Origin: Fimbriosthenelais zetlandica | Lineage: Eukaryota | Reading direction: 5' to 3' | DNA length: 64,000 bases | Assembly: GCA_977030845.1 (NCBI GenBank) | Contig: OZ365109.1 | Location: forward strand, 15,562,001-15,626,000 | Program-made: the position numbers and the translations under genes | The notes under the pieces: generated by a model | Seen by the model: only the letters and a program-made list of their open reading frames with translations | Told to the model about the DNA's origin: nothing | Database searches by the model: none | Shown: positions 14,021 through 31,147 of the stretch, piece by piece | How the letters are laid out: every line of letters starts with the position of its first letter | Numbering within the stretch: the stretch's first letter is position 1

Positions 14021-16971
14021 AGCTCGAGTTCTATAGCATCCCTCACCTGGAAGACATATAGTAGCAGCAGCAGGAGTAAGAAGAATGCCAGAAGAGGGGG
14101 GCTAATGGCCTGGAGGAACCCAAACCACCCGCCAGAAGCTGAGCTGCAAAAACTGGGCAAACATCATATTGGCAATATCAGCCGGAAGGCCAGTCCATCA
14201 TCCCTTGCTGCCCCACCCCTCCTCACTTAATCCAGTTCTTAAAATGATCCCTTCCAGCTTATATCTTAACCTTTGGTACGATTATACATGAAACGAGAGA
14301 AAATGTCATCTATTTCGCAGGAAGTCATATACTTATGTACCTTTGTGAAAAACAAAGGTTAACAGGTATGTGTTATACTCATGGGAAATGCCAGAAAGTA
14401 TTCAACAATAAAGAGTTGAATATTATGTATTATATTGAAATAAAACTTTAAAAAAACTTTAAACCTGGCTGGTCGTTTTGAGTTTAGTATTAGTGGACCA
14501 GTAATTCCCAAATTTATGAACAATGTTGATTTTTTATGTTTATGGCAATTTTTCGAAATGATTGAGAGTGTTACGAGAGCATTTTAAGAAGAACCAATTG
14601 AACTACAGATCTGTACTGTAATTTTATTGATATAATTTATACCTCATAAACCTGTATCTATTAATTTCAGCTATAGGGTTATGATAGAAGTTCACTTCTA
14701 AACATTCCAAGATCTACGGGTGGTTGATATATTCTTAGATGCCTGACATTTCTCAAGTTACATGTTCAAACTCAAAGGATTTTTTTCAAATTCTCGCTAT
14801 GTATATAATGCATTGGTCTGATCGCACACTAGCTGCCAGTGGTACAAATCAATTTACCGAGTATACTACTTGGTGACTCAGGAATGAATTATTTCCGACT
14901 CCCAATTGGATAATTCAAAGCATGTGTCGGACCAATCATGAAACTGAAATCAGTACGGCATTAGATAACTCAATAATATTACATATTTACCAGTTAGTAT
15001 TTAGTCCTTGCGTTTTTTTTATCGATAAAAAATTCTATGCTGCTTTAGATGAATATTCAAGAGCTTAGATCGAACCTGGTAACCTTGCTATATGTACCAA
15101 AGATATAATATAGCAAGAAAGGAAATCCCAAATATCCCATAATTTCCTAAGTTTAAAGCAGAACAGATATTATCTCTGTAACCAGTTAATAATAATGCAC
15201 AAATAACCAGCACAGTCATCAGGAGTTTTTTTCTGGATCTTAATCTAGCTTAGATTAAATATTATCAGATTCATGTATGTAAGAAAATAACACTCAAAGA
15301 AAGTCAAGCGCCACTTACATTGAGGTAACACAGGTAAAGAATCATAAAGGACAGAGTTAGGTTTACAGAGCTGTCCTCACAATCCTGAGTCGTGCCTCTC
15401 CAACAGAAAAGATAATGGCTTCCAAGATAAGCAAAGAATCTGATAGGAAATATAACACAGTCCACAAACATAAACATACCATTGCATAAAAAGGCTATAC
15501 TTTCTAGGATATTTGTAAAAGCTCTCTTATTTTTTTGTACGGTATAAGAAATATCTGCATTATCTTCTGGGGTTCTAAAGAGTGCCTGTTATTTATGAGT
15601 TCCATGGGAAACATGTTTAGATATACAGAGAAATATATGTTTATGCCAACACACACTCAGACAGTCACTGGCATCTCAGGTGAAGCGGCTTGGCACAGGA
15701 CCAGCGAACACAAAATCTCACTTGTGCAAATTTTTCCCTGGAGGAAATATTCTTTTTGACTTGCCAAATGAATTGAGCCGAATCCATGATGTAACTGTAC
15801 TATATAATCAATATCTATAAATATCTGTGTGCCCAGATAAATTAGAGAGGCGCTAATTAGATATGGGCGTGGGATTAGTAGGACGAGGTGTGTGGGAGTG
15901 AGGTGGGGCGAGAACGGGGTGGGGGTGGTGCGGGAGGCAAGTATAGAGGGTTGGTTTTTGGTGGGGGTGGGGGTGGGGGTGGGGGGAGTATTTGGTGGGG
16001 AGGGGGATGGGGGTAGGTGTTGGGAGGGGTAGGGTGCGTGCATGATTGGTAGGCTAGGCTTAGGCTAAGGGTGAGCGGATTGTGTCTTTTTGGGTAGGGC
16101 AGAGGGTAAGATACCTTTCCATTTTCTTTTATTCCATGTGATTGTCTGAATGGCTAGCGTCTCCATTATAGGCCTACTCATTTATAGTCATCGGCCTATC
16201 TCTGATTCATGCCTTATTCACTACCGGTACCGTACATGACTCTGAAAACTGGTAAATGAAGTCTACATGAAATTTAAATTCATACTGGTAACCCAAACAT
16301 GAGATTAGTAACGTTGGGCGTATAAACATGAATAATGATAAACATATGCTCTACAACTATTGGCCTAGGGCCTACTACTAGAACTTTTATAGATAGATTA
16401 TCCACCCCTATTCCAGGGTGGAGCCTGTGTAACCCTTAATTATTATATAGTATAGAAGGGGCCTATCATATAGTCCAGTACTTTTATAGATGGTACCTAC
16501 CTGCCTACCGGTACTAACTACTAAAGTAGACCTCTAGTAGGCCTACCGGTAGGCCTACTACTAGGCCTAGCCCTAGGCCTCCTATAAACATAGAACTGTA
16601 GTATGCTACAGTACAGACAGTTCTATGGTACTACTATTAGACTAGTAAGATTAGTAGAGCAGAGATCTAAATGATCGCGTAAAAGTCATGTCATTTGAAA
16701 GGAACAAGTGTGCACTGACGAAAAGAAAGAGATATGTCCCCCTCTCCGATCAGAACAGCTGTAAAGCACCTTTCAGAAGTTCAGTGGAGAGGGAAAGCCT
16801 TCAACTTTACCGAGACAGGTTGGGGAGCAACGGTTGTAAACAAACGCTATTTTCCTGTTTGGAGGAGATGTGGTGGAATGCATAGCCATGATGTAAGAAA
16901 GTACAAGAATAAGTTTCTAAATTAAAAGATTCTATATCTTAGATTATGAACTATATTCATTTTAACTCACC
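13806..16971 (-). other. Putative spliced 5' UTR exons of AGTPBP1 (first exon ending 16971; 15439-15319; 14143-14047; 13908-13832)
   Basis: Minus-strand donors CAG|GTGAGT (16971), AAT|GTAAGT (15319), CAG|GTGAGG (14047) with plausible pyrimidine-AG acceptors; no transcript evidence. Confidence 0.4.
13983..14020. repeat. (CT)n microsatellite
   Basis: Direct observation. Confidence 0.95.
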
Positions 16972-17039
16972 TGAAACTCACATTGAAGTTGGAGAGCGGA
17001 AACCTAAAAGAATGTGTTGCTACCTGCTCAGCAGTGTGG

Positions 17040-17160
17040 AAATCTAGAGCAGAAAATGGCGGATGGATGAATGATGACGTCATGCGGGATTCCCTCGAGG
17101 GATATCCCCGAAGAAAAGCACGTGCTAGTGTTGACAAACAATGGAGGGGCGTGGATCCCG
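17040..17160. promoter_or_regulatory. CpG-containing promoter, probably for AGTPBP1 and possibly bidirectional
   Basis: YY1-type AAAATGGCGG 17053-17062, CRE TGACGTCA 17075-17082, E-box CACGTG 17119-17124, GC box GGGGCGTGG ~17146; minus-strand donor at 16971 just downstream. Confidence 0.55.
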
Positions 17161-18486
17161 GATCCACCACTGGCACTTATTTATAAGCCTACTGATCTAT
17201 AGGCCATAGTATAGGCCTAGCCAACTTCATTATAGGCCTACGCAAGGTCAAGGAGGTTATGATGTTCGAGTGACTAGAAGAAGGGTAAATTAGGCCTATT
17301 TTTGTCAATTTATGTCTAAAAAATGGCTGCATTTTATAGGCCTAGGCCTACTTATTAGTAGGCCAATGGCGATTATACCATAGAGGTTATACTAATAAGG
17401 TATTCTAAAATTAGGCTATTTTGATGTAGGGCCTACGCCTGTCTGGTGAGTAAAAGGTGAACTAAATAGCCTACATATATGCCTTTAGTTCTGAGTTTTC
17501 CCACTAGTGGCGGTAGCCTATCGTAGCATACCATTTCCCGCGTAGGCCTATTGCTACTATTGGCTTTCTTGGTCAAAAAGAAATATTTCTTTTATAGGCC
17601 TAAATAATAGGCCTACTTTCGTGGACAGGGAAATTATAATAATACCGTAGGCCAGTCTTCATTCAATCATTAGAAATACTGTAGGCCTATATATAGGCCA
17701 TGTAGGCCACATAATGCCCTGAATAATTGGATGCGTTTTCCTCACAGTTTAAACCCTATAATATTATTCTTCAAATTTCCTAATAAATAATTTAGAATAT
17801 GTAGTTAATATATAGGCCTATGCCTATGAAACAATGGTCACGCTCAAGAAGACACCATGCACACGTTAAATTTTAATACAATATATAGCTTCGCTTGAAA
17901 TGCACTATGGGTGATGTTTGGTTAATTGATGAGAATAGCAATAGGCGACCATTTTCATATTTGATTAAATGATCGTAGAGACCGTCGGCACTGCCATTAA
18001 AACATAATGTTTGTCAACAAGCAGTTGCCAAGTTGACATGTCTCCTTCCTGGTTGCTGTATTCTGTTCCTCTTCCTTTTGCACTCAACATGGAAGGGACT
18101 ATTTTAGTAGTGCAGTGAGGAGGATGATAATTTATAGACTTTGGCAGTTTCATCTATCCTTGGTTTCATGCGTGCAGTACTCTATATAACATTAGCTGCA
18201 TCCGAGCAGCTCGATCGCGCTCATCTATTAGAGCCCAGTGTATCGACTGTTTGGTGACAGCAAGATATATGCAACTAATGCAAGCTTTCATACAGAAGTG
18301 CATTCATGGAGGAAGGAGGAATCACCAGGCCAAATTGAAAAAAATATATTATTAACGTATAGAGTAGGCCTATAGACCGCACAAAATCGAAGTGCAAGTT
18401 GCGCTGTCTCCTGTGATCAGTATAATTGTGGATGCACTTGCATGGGAAGGTTGAAGATTAGATAGCCGAATATAAACGCTGTCGAT

Positions 18487-21400
18487 ATGGATGGAAGAAT
18501 CGCCCTTCTGTTTCTTGCACTGAGTGGCTTTTATGCATTCGTAGAAGGAAAGGGGAAAGGTGTGAAAAATAGTGACATCTATAGATCTTATTGGCTAAAT
18601 TTGAATTTTGGCAGTATATTAGGTGAGATAAACGTTTCTTCAATTTCGTGAATTGATTTTGATTTGTTCGCTGTTTCTTTCAGAAAATAACCCGGATCAA
18701 TTTCAAGATAGAAGGTATGATGGGAGTGTTAACCAGAAACCCTTGAAGAGGCGATTACTGGCTGAATCATCTGTAACTTCTGACACAATGTCATTAGATC
18801 ACAGTATAAATAAACTCAAATCAGAAACCTCCCGCTTACTGAGCGACACCAGCACGACCAGTCTCTCACAGAATATCATAAACATCCAGTCTTACACAGA
18901 GGAGAAGCTGGACCTTGTCAATTCATATATTAATGAGATCTCTTTGGGAGCGATGGACAATGGCACGGTTTATAATGCCTCGGCTACAATGCAGGCCACT
19001 AAGATCATCTCTATAGTTGAGGACCTGGGAGCGCTTGCCCTGCGTTTAATAACCTCCCAGGAATACTCGGTGACTATAGGTGTAGTCGATATGCTCGTGC
19101 TCAGGAAAAACTTTGTGGATTTCAATGGATTTGAATATTCATCAAAAGGAAAGGGTTACACAACTTCTGTCTCTGTTCCCAAGGAAGCCAAATTGGTGGA
19201 TATGGCTGGAGTGGTGGGTTTCAGTATACAAGGTATAGAAGACATACTTTCAGCTGACACTAATGGGTCTGTGGTCACTCCTATAGCCTCATGTACTGTG
19301 ATGGACATGCTTGGTAGGAGGCTGCCAGTGACCACTTTGGACCCAGTAACAATCATATTTGGTTATCATGGAAATGGTCCAAACGTGGCTAAAAGTGAGG
19401 TGGCCGTGTGTTCATTTGTTCAAATGGACGCAAATGGTAAATTCAGGTATGAATTTCGTAAATTATTTTTGAAATGATCCATCTTAGGCCTATACAGAAC
19501 TTATAAGCTATTTATTATCACTGAATGCCTAGGTGAATGAATATAAAAACAATCTTTTTCTCTCAAAGGGGTTGGTCAGAGGAACAGTGTGCCCTTGTGA
19601 GTCAGTCAGATGAGAAGATAGTTTGCCGATGCACACATCTGACTGCTTTCGCAGTACTCTACAGGAAAGAAGTAAATTTGAAATAATCAATTATTTTAAA
19701 AACAATTTCTGGCTCAATGCTTCACAAAAGTCTTTTAACAATCTGTGAGAACAATATTTTTTATAATTACTTCACATAGGCCTACATTTAAATTCATTAT
19801 TTTTAAAATTCAAAGCTTTGTTCATTATTGTAGGGTATAGCTGAGCAGTTGCAGATATTATCCTGGGTGGGATGTGCATTCACTACTCTCTCCTGCCTCA
19901 TTACAGCTATGACTATGGTCGGTTACAGGTACGGGAAATATATAATCAAAATGATAATTTGTTTCCACCAAAAATATCTAAGAATTGTATGTAAATGTAA
20001 GTATCAAATGTAAAAACGTTATTATTTTTTATTATAGATTGCTGGACAGTACAAGCTCATTTGTAAGAATGAATTTCCTTATGTCCCTTGGAATGTCGGA
20101 GGCAATATTCCTCGCTGGAATTCGCTATACAGACATACCTGTGAGTAGGACCAAAGAGCCATTAGATTGGTAGGACTATAAACCCACCTGACATAACACA
20201 TGCAACCCATCTCGGTTTACGCCATCCCCCTCCCGCCCCCTGCGACTCTTTATAATTATGCTCGGCCACCCACCTACCTATAACTCCACTTTAATAGTCC
20301 ACCCTTCTGATGACGACCCCCCCCCCCCCCCCGCCCCACCCACCCACCAGCGACCTACCTTGGCATCAGATAAACCTTTCACACATTCAGCCTCTCACCC
20401 CCACCCATCAACCCCACCACCGTCGCCCACCCCCACCCCTCTGTCGGCGCCCTAAGATATAAATACACAATTCCCGCATACCATATGTGTAGCATGATAT
20501 AATATGTCAGACTGACGTCTACGTTCAACCTTGGTTATGAGTTAGGCCTACATGTACATGTGTTAACTGGCTGATATTAATTAGTTCCATAAATGAAATA
20601 GTTTGATGATGTCTTGTATAATTTGACAGGCTGTGTGCATGATTGTGGCAGGTTTCCTTCACTTTACCGTCCTCGCATGTTTCACCTGGCTATTCAGTTA
20701 TATTTTACTGTTGGGGACAGAGATGAGAATGACCAACGTTAACAGGTATCAATTACTTTGATAACTAAATATAATTGACTTTCTTTTGGGTTTTATATCT
20801 GCAGCTATCTGCTCAAATTCTTGTGAGATTTTTCTATACCAGAGAATGTAAAGTAAAAGCTGCGTAATCGTCAAGAAATCTTACACCAAACCACATTTTT
20901 TTATTACGTAAAAAGTTAATGATGCTTGTATAATTTGTGGAGGCGGACAATGACAGCTGGGATGTACACGGTAATTGGCTGGCTTGTACCTGCATGTATT
21001 GTCACCATTACACTCATTGCTAGACGTCAGGTGTACAGAGATCCTTACTAGTAAGTCCATCTTCACACTAAAACCTGACATCCACTGTGCTATCTTGGAG
21101 GGCACCGTTTTTGTGATCGACAAGATCAAAAATGAAATCGTTGCGGATCTTGTCTCTATTGATTTACCATTGAAAAATCGGCGCCGATCCCAAAATTTTG
21201 GCATCTACCAGCCCGATCCTCGGAGGTCCCGATCGCCTGTGATCTCTTAAGATCGCAAAATCGGGATGAAAATCGGGCTGGTGGATGTCGAGCTTTATCC
21301 CAATATTCAGCCATGTCATGCCTACATAACCCATCCATTATTCATTGCTGAGAGTAATAATTCATTTCTATCCTCGTGTAGATTTAATTAGTAAAAAGAA

Positions 21401-23349
21401 AGTGAGGAATGAGAAATGGTGCAACCTAAATAAAACGAAGGTTACATGTATTATATATAAAGTAATCTTCCATAATTAATGAATGGAAAATTTCTGGTTT
21501 CATTAATAATCTTGAATTTTTACATTCTCTCTGATAGTTGCTGGATATCCTCGCGAGAACTGCTTAATCTCTCGTTACTCGTCCCAGCTGGAGTTATACT
21601 TATTGTAAGTGAAATTTGATTTGTTTTAAATAGATTCCTCATAAGAGTTGTGGGCCTATATATACTATAATTATAGGTTCCAGTGAAATTGTGTTATGGT
21701 TTTCTGAATTACGAAAAATGATGAATTATGATTTAGCAACCTGAATTTTATTTTTCTTCAGATTTCCTGGGTTATATTAAGTTATGTTGTGAACATGTAT
21801 CACCGTCGCCGAAAAGACAAGACTATCGTATCATTACTTGCTCTAAGCTGGTAAGCTGGTATATATATATTTCACTGTGTCATTTATAGGCCTAATTATC
21901 GATCAAAAGGGACAAAATCGCTGGAAGCAAAAATCCCGAAGCATAATTATTCTGGCGATTCGCATTTTTATGTAAAAAAAAAAAAATGTTCTGGGTACAA
22001 AAAAATAGAAAGGTGTACTTGAAAGACGTTTGTATGAGCGAATGATTCTGAGAGGGAGGAACGGATATATAGCTAAAGGGAGGGGCGATATGGATAGAGG
22101 CAGTCAGGGAAGAGAGGGAGTGAGCCTAACTTTCATTATTTGACCAATTGATCAAATTCAACTGCATGATAAACCAGTGATGATAATTAATGAACTGTTT
22201 GTCAGGTCTGGTATTGTATCCTGCACGGTTATCAGCCCTTTACTGACGGCCACGTGGTTTCTTGGTACCTTCAGTGTAACCTTCAGGGCTATCTGGCTCC
22301 AGGCACTCTTCACTATCTGTAATGTTGTGTTGGTGGGTCCGAAATACATTTACCAACCCTTACATAAAAAACTCATTATTAATAATTACAGAGTGGTATA
22401 ATAAATTTATGATATTAATTTTCTTCTTTATACATGTACGTGTATATATATATATAATATACACGTATCATTGGTTCGTTTAATAGTCCAATGTATAATA
22501 ATTAGGCCTAATATAAAATTTTCAATGTCTATAATTACTTTTCAGGGATTAACAATCTTCTTCTTCATGTGCTATACTAATGCAGAGGTAAGTGTGAACT
22601 CCTTTTTGCCAGTCATGAACTTTTTAAGAAAAACCTAATTTCGAAGTAATATAAACATAACCAAAGCTTGACCCCAGTTCCTTTAGAAGGAAAATGTTAT
22701 TTCCATTAAAAGTTCTTTTGTCACAGTGTATTTAAGATGGGAAATTACCTGTTTTTCTCTTTCTAATTCCTTTTCAGGTGCGTACAGCTCGAAAGAATCG
22801 CAAAATAACCCCAACCTCACTCCATGCAGTCCACTACAAGCCCACTTTCATTAAAAACACCCACACCATTGCTAGTTGTGAATCGGATGATTGCATCCAC
22901 AAAAGCAGATGCTTTTATGGTCAAAAAGTCAGCAGTTTCAATGAGCTAGGTCAACCCACTGTGAACTTAGGCTTCCAAAGACAGCACACATGGCAGCCCC
23001 ACGAGAAGAGGCGACCAGGAACATCCAAACTCTCTGATATCCTCTATAAGAAGACCATGCAGATAGTCCCAGAAAGATCCAACTCTCAAACTGATCTACT
23101 TTCGGTATGTACTCATACTTGTGATATATTTTATAACCTGAATATTTCTCTGAACGTTTATTTCTATCTCAGGATGAATTTAGTAATAGATCAGCTTAAA
23201 GAGACATTTTATAGATTAACCTCAATACATTAAAATATTGAAAAATATATAACAAAAGTGTTCATGTAAATAAATCTATTTGAGCAGAAATTAATATTCA
23301 CATCTCATTTCAGGGTGAAACGAATACCATGGATGAAAGCTCATTTTAA
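18487..23349 (+). CDS. Adhesion G protein-coupled receptor (signal peptide, GAIN/GPS, 7TM), 682 aa
   Basis: 13 exons: 18487-18559, 18684-19446, 19569-19671, 19834-19928, 20038-20140, 20630-20745, 20943-21050, 21538-21604, 21762-21850, 22206-22332, 22546-22587, 22778-23104, 23314-23349 (2049 nt, open frame). Signal MDGRIALLFLALSGFYAFVEG; GPS GWSEEQC...CRCTHL/TAFAVL; TM motifs CMIVAGFLHFTVLACFTW, YTVIGWLVP, CWIS, PLLTATWFLG, LFTICN; AATAAA ~23606. Confidence 0.9.
21150..21300. mobile_element. Degraded MITE remnant in an aGPCR intron
   Basis: IR CATCTACCAGCCCGAT (21202-21217) / ATCGGGCTGGTGGATG (21272-21287) with many (A)ATCG repeats. Confidence 0.45.
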
Positions 23350-24116
23350 CGGGTAAATGTACTAAATTTTACTTAGCTGGGCATCACTCTCAAGTGTTAT
23401 ATAGGCCCATTGCAGTGTTGTCAATATTCACTTCTACTCCTTGGTGAATTTGATATTCGATACTATATAATGTTTCCAAAATCCTACAGATATGTAAAAC
23501 TACGTGCATAGTGAATTTGTGAAGTTTTAGTGTGATATAATTTAACACATTCGTTACACATCGTCTTATATGAGTTAATGACACCTATTCATATTCCATT
23601 TAATGAATAAATTTAATCTACATTGTTTAATTAACTTTATTAATTATTTCTTCATTAATTAACAAGAGCCTAATACAAATTTTGATTTATGGTAAAATTA
23701 TCGACTTTACAAAAGTTTATTATAAAATCATGACTATTATGTATGACCATCCTGCACTAGTTGTTCTGGTTTCCTCTCAACACACCAGCTGGCGGGACGG
23801 TCGCGGAGTTCCCCGACCGGATCCTTTGCTATTTCTGGCGCGTAGTTGGTGGGTGTGTCCCTGTATCACAGGTCCTTGGTATATAGAACATAACGTTTGA
23901 TAACTTTCGGTTCATCAACAGGTTAACTTACAGCCAGTGGCTTTACTTATTCTCCCACAATACTGATGAGATAGCTGAATCATTATTATTATTGGCGAAG
24001 GATGGGCATAGGGGTCTACATTCTCCCACCAACCACCCTTTACCCCCTAAATGGCGATGTCTGGTTTTAACAATCGGCTTCGAAACGTCGGATATGCGAA
24101 GGAAAACATAGTACGT

Positions 24117-27100
24117 TTTATTATTTAAATAGTTTTTTTATTATTATTTTCAACAATATCTTACTGTACAAAGTGTGTATTTCAATGAAAAATTTCCTAG
24201 TCATTCCACTAAAATCGATAAAGTCCCCCTTTGATAGATTCGGTGGCAGGTCTAAGAAGGGACAAAGAACATTCAGTGTAGATGACTACATTTTTGTAGA
24301 CTTGTATCAAAGTAGTCAGTAACTCACATGAAATATTACTACACATATTCGATATTAAAAGTTGGAAATATTTCTTATGAAATTTAAGCACCACTTCAAT
24401 AACAAAGTATGTGACCAATATTGCTTGGTTCTATTCGTACCATTTTAAGCCAGTCGGGATTAAAATGTTGAATGAACTCGCGACTATTGTCAGTGAATTT
24501 AAAGAGTTTAACAGGAAACAAATTAACAAATGCCAACCTAGGACCTAGGTCTGTGGAAAACTACAAAACATCTTAACTTGACATTCGTAACACAGGGGTA
24601 GAAAAAGTAAAATGTTTGGGACAACCAGCAACATTCTAGAAAATTGTAATAAATCCGGCAGGTACTGTACATTATCAGCATGGATAATCAAATTAATTTC
24701 AATAGATTTGGTTTGTGTTCATAAAGGCAGTGTCGCTACAATAATAAAAGACATTTTCAACCCTGCTGCCTTGGACTACTTAACTAAGTACAATCATCAT
24801 TTTTTTGCTCAGAAGATTGTTTATATGAAAATGAATTGGTATGTTTTACTTCCAATGAAAGGCTGTAAGCACACAACAGAACCGGAATGACTCGACATTT
24901 AACATAGAAAATTGAGACTATGAATGAACCAGACTCGAGGTGTATAATATAATATATCATATATGTCTAGAAAAAGATTCCACACTGTAGCAAATTTCAA
25001 AGATGCCTTCAGACACCGATTAATACTATTAATTCCTCTTGAATTAGTTATAAAAACACTTAGCAGTAGACATATAAATCTATAGAAACCATCACATTTA
25101 TCTTTGGCGCCATTTGACATGGACCAACTTGTCTTCAAGTCCAACCATGGACAAGAGAGTCCATTCACTTGACCATCAAAACCACCCAGGTATTTGTACA
25201 AAGAGAATCCAACGATAAGAACCCATATATACAAACTACTCTGGCACTATCACCTGTTTAACTCAATCCACAGCCTTCAATAACGTAACCTCAATCCTGT
25301 CCATTAACAGTGCAAATATTTTTTTCTAAATACTCAAAAAAACTTCAGTCTTTTCAAGCGAAGGAAACTTTGGAAAAAAAAACATAAGAGGTCAAAACTG
25401 AGAATGAAGACCACAACACGTAGAAATAGAAAATATGAGCAGAGATATACCCGTCCCTCAAATCCCTTCCCGCTTTTTTTTGGTTTTTTTTGCGTCACCC
25501 TGTGAATAAACATTTTGTATTAAAATATATAGAATAATATCAACAAAGAGGTGGTCATTTTACAATCCAGTAGCTGGCCTTTTGAGGTCCTAAGAGTGAA
25601 AATATTCCTGAGACAAAATCTTTTTCTGTTCGGACCCTATTGACAAATGGATTTCAGATTGAAATGTACCAAATTCCTCAAGTATTTCTTGTTAACATAG
25701 CATATGAAATATTAACCTTTTTTGCGCTTCAACACTGCATAAAACGGTCACAAGAATGGTCATTTCTCTTGGGAAAACATTTCACTTGTGCCTTCTGATC
25801 CACATTTCAAGTATTATTTTTTTACCTTCTGAAGTTATGTGGTCTATTATGAGATATGTTGTCATATATATAGTACATACTGTCTTTGTATCAACCTATT
25901 TTACCTTAGTTTAAATATAAGTTATCTTTACATAAAGACATTTGTCCAATATATATGATGACTAACGAACACAATATAGATTAAGATTAAATATAAGCCA
26001 TATATCGCAACACACACAGTCCGATATCAAAAATCACACAGCTACAAAGCAACAATATATGAACGCTCAATAATCGATTCCCAATCTGTCCAATCATCCA
26101 CTCAGATGTCCTTCCGCTTTCTCTGATAACCCAATATCAGCACCAATACTATTTAATAATCCCATCTCACTCCTTATCAAATATACTTCCTCACACTTCC
26201 TTAAAACAGGATTGTCTGCACCGACGGTAACCTCATTATCCTAAACCAGTACCCTTTCCACTTGATTCAGACTCTGGGAATAATTTGTAATAATGGGTAA
26301 TAAAGGGTCAAACTCCAATAAAGATAGATATATATAATCATGTAAACACATGTTTGGTGTGGGTACAATTTGGTGCCATTATTTACAGTGGTAAAGAGTA
26401 AATATATATATACGACAAGTACAGAAAGTAAAGGGAAATTTCTATCAAGGTTTTCCATAATCTCTGAACACTAGCTGCATTTTACCCTTTCAATGACAAT
26501 AATTTTTTTGTTCAAACATTTTTTCCCAAACTTAAGAGTGTCAACTGAAACTGTCTTAATTTCTTTACTTCGTGTACTTGTGAGTCTAGATATGATATAT
26601 CTAACTAACAACAAACGAGGAATCGAGTTTGTATAGAGCTCTAGGATAGGTTAGTATACTGCCTTACTAAATACACGTTAGTGTAAACAATAAATAAGTC
26701 GACCAGGCTCTCTACCGTACACGAAGACAATCAATAAATAAAAGCAAGACAGCTTTACACGGTATGTACTGAACATCGTTGCATCTCCAGCTGGTCTCAG
26801 AGGATAGGTTAAGTGTGTGCAGGTTTGTTTCTGTAATATACTTGCTACATTTCTGTGTATACATAAAATATCCTTTTTTGCTTTTTTTCTTCATGTATAA
26901 AAATCACTCTGGACTCTGGCTTTCATAGCAACTATAGGCACATCAGTACTAGTAATGGTACAACCAGTGCTCTCTGTAAGGGGAAAGGCACATGTTGGGA
27001 AGTTTGGGAAAATATAAAACCACCGCAATAAACTGTCTTGTAAGATCTGGATCCATCTAATAAATGATAAGGATCCAGTGTCTACGCGTGTGTATGTGTG

Positions 27101-27232
27101 TGAACTATACAGCCAGCGGCCACCCACTCGTCCACCAGATCTCCTCTTTCTGGTTCCAGCACCGTTTCATCACAAGGATCTGTCTCTTCTTGTGTCCTAT
27201 CTTTTTCTTTCCTTCTCATGTCATTTCGTATT
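24117..27232 (-). other. Putative ~3.1 kb 3' UTR of the KLF gene
   Basis: First canonical minus-strand AATAAA I found after the stop is at 24137-24142 / 24117-24122; U-rich on minus; an earlier ATTAAA (~26152) could be used instead. Confidence 0.45.

Positions 27233-31147
<3,915 letters not shown>

Noticed and set aside
16688-17186. Plus-strand ORFs as extra N-terminal aGPCR exons
   Set aside because: A complete signal-peptide exon exists at 18487; this region reads better as promoter/5' UTR
24700-27000. Seed matches for miR-124, miR-29 and miR-34 in the KLF 3' UTR
   Set aside because: Single 7-mers in 3 kb are near chance without conservation data
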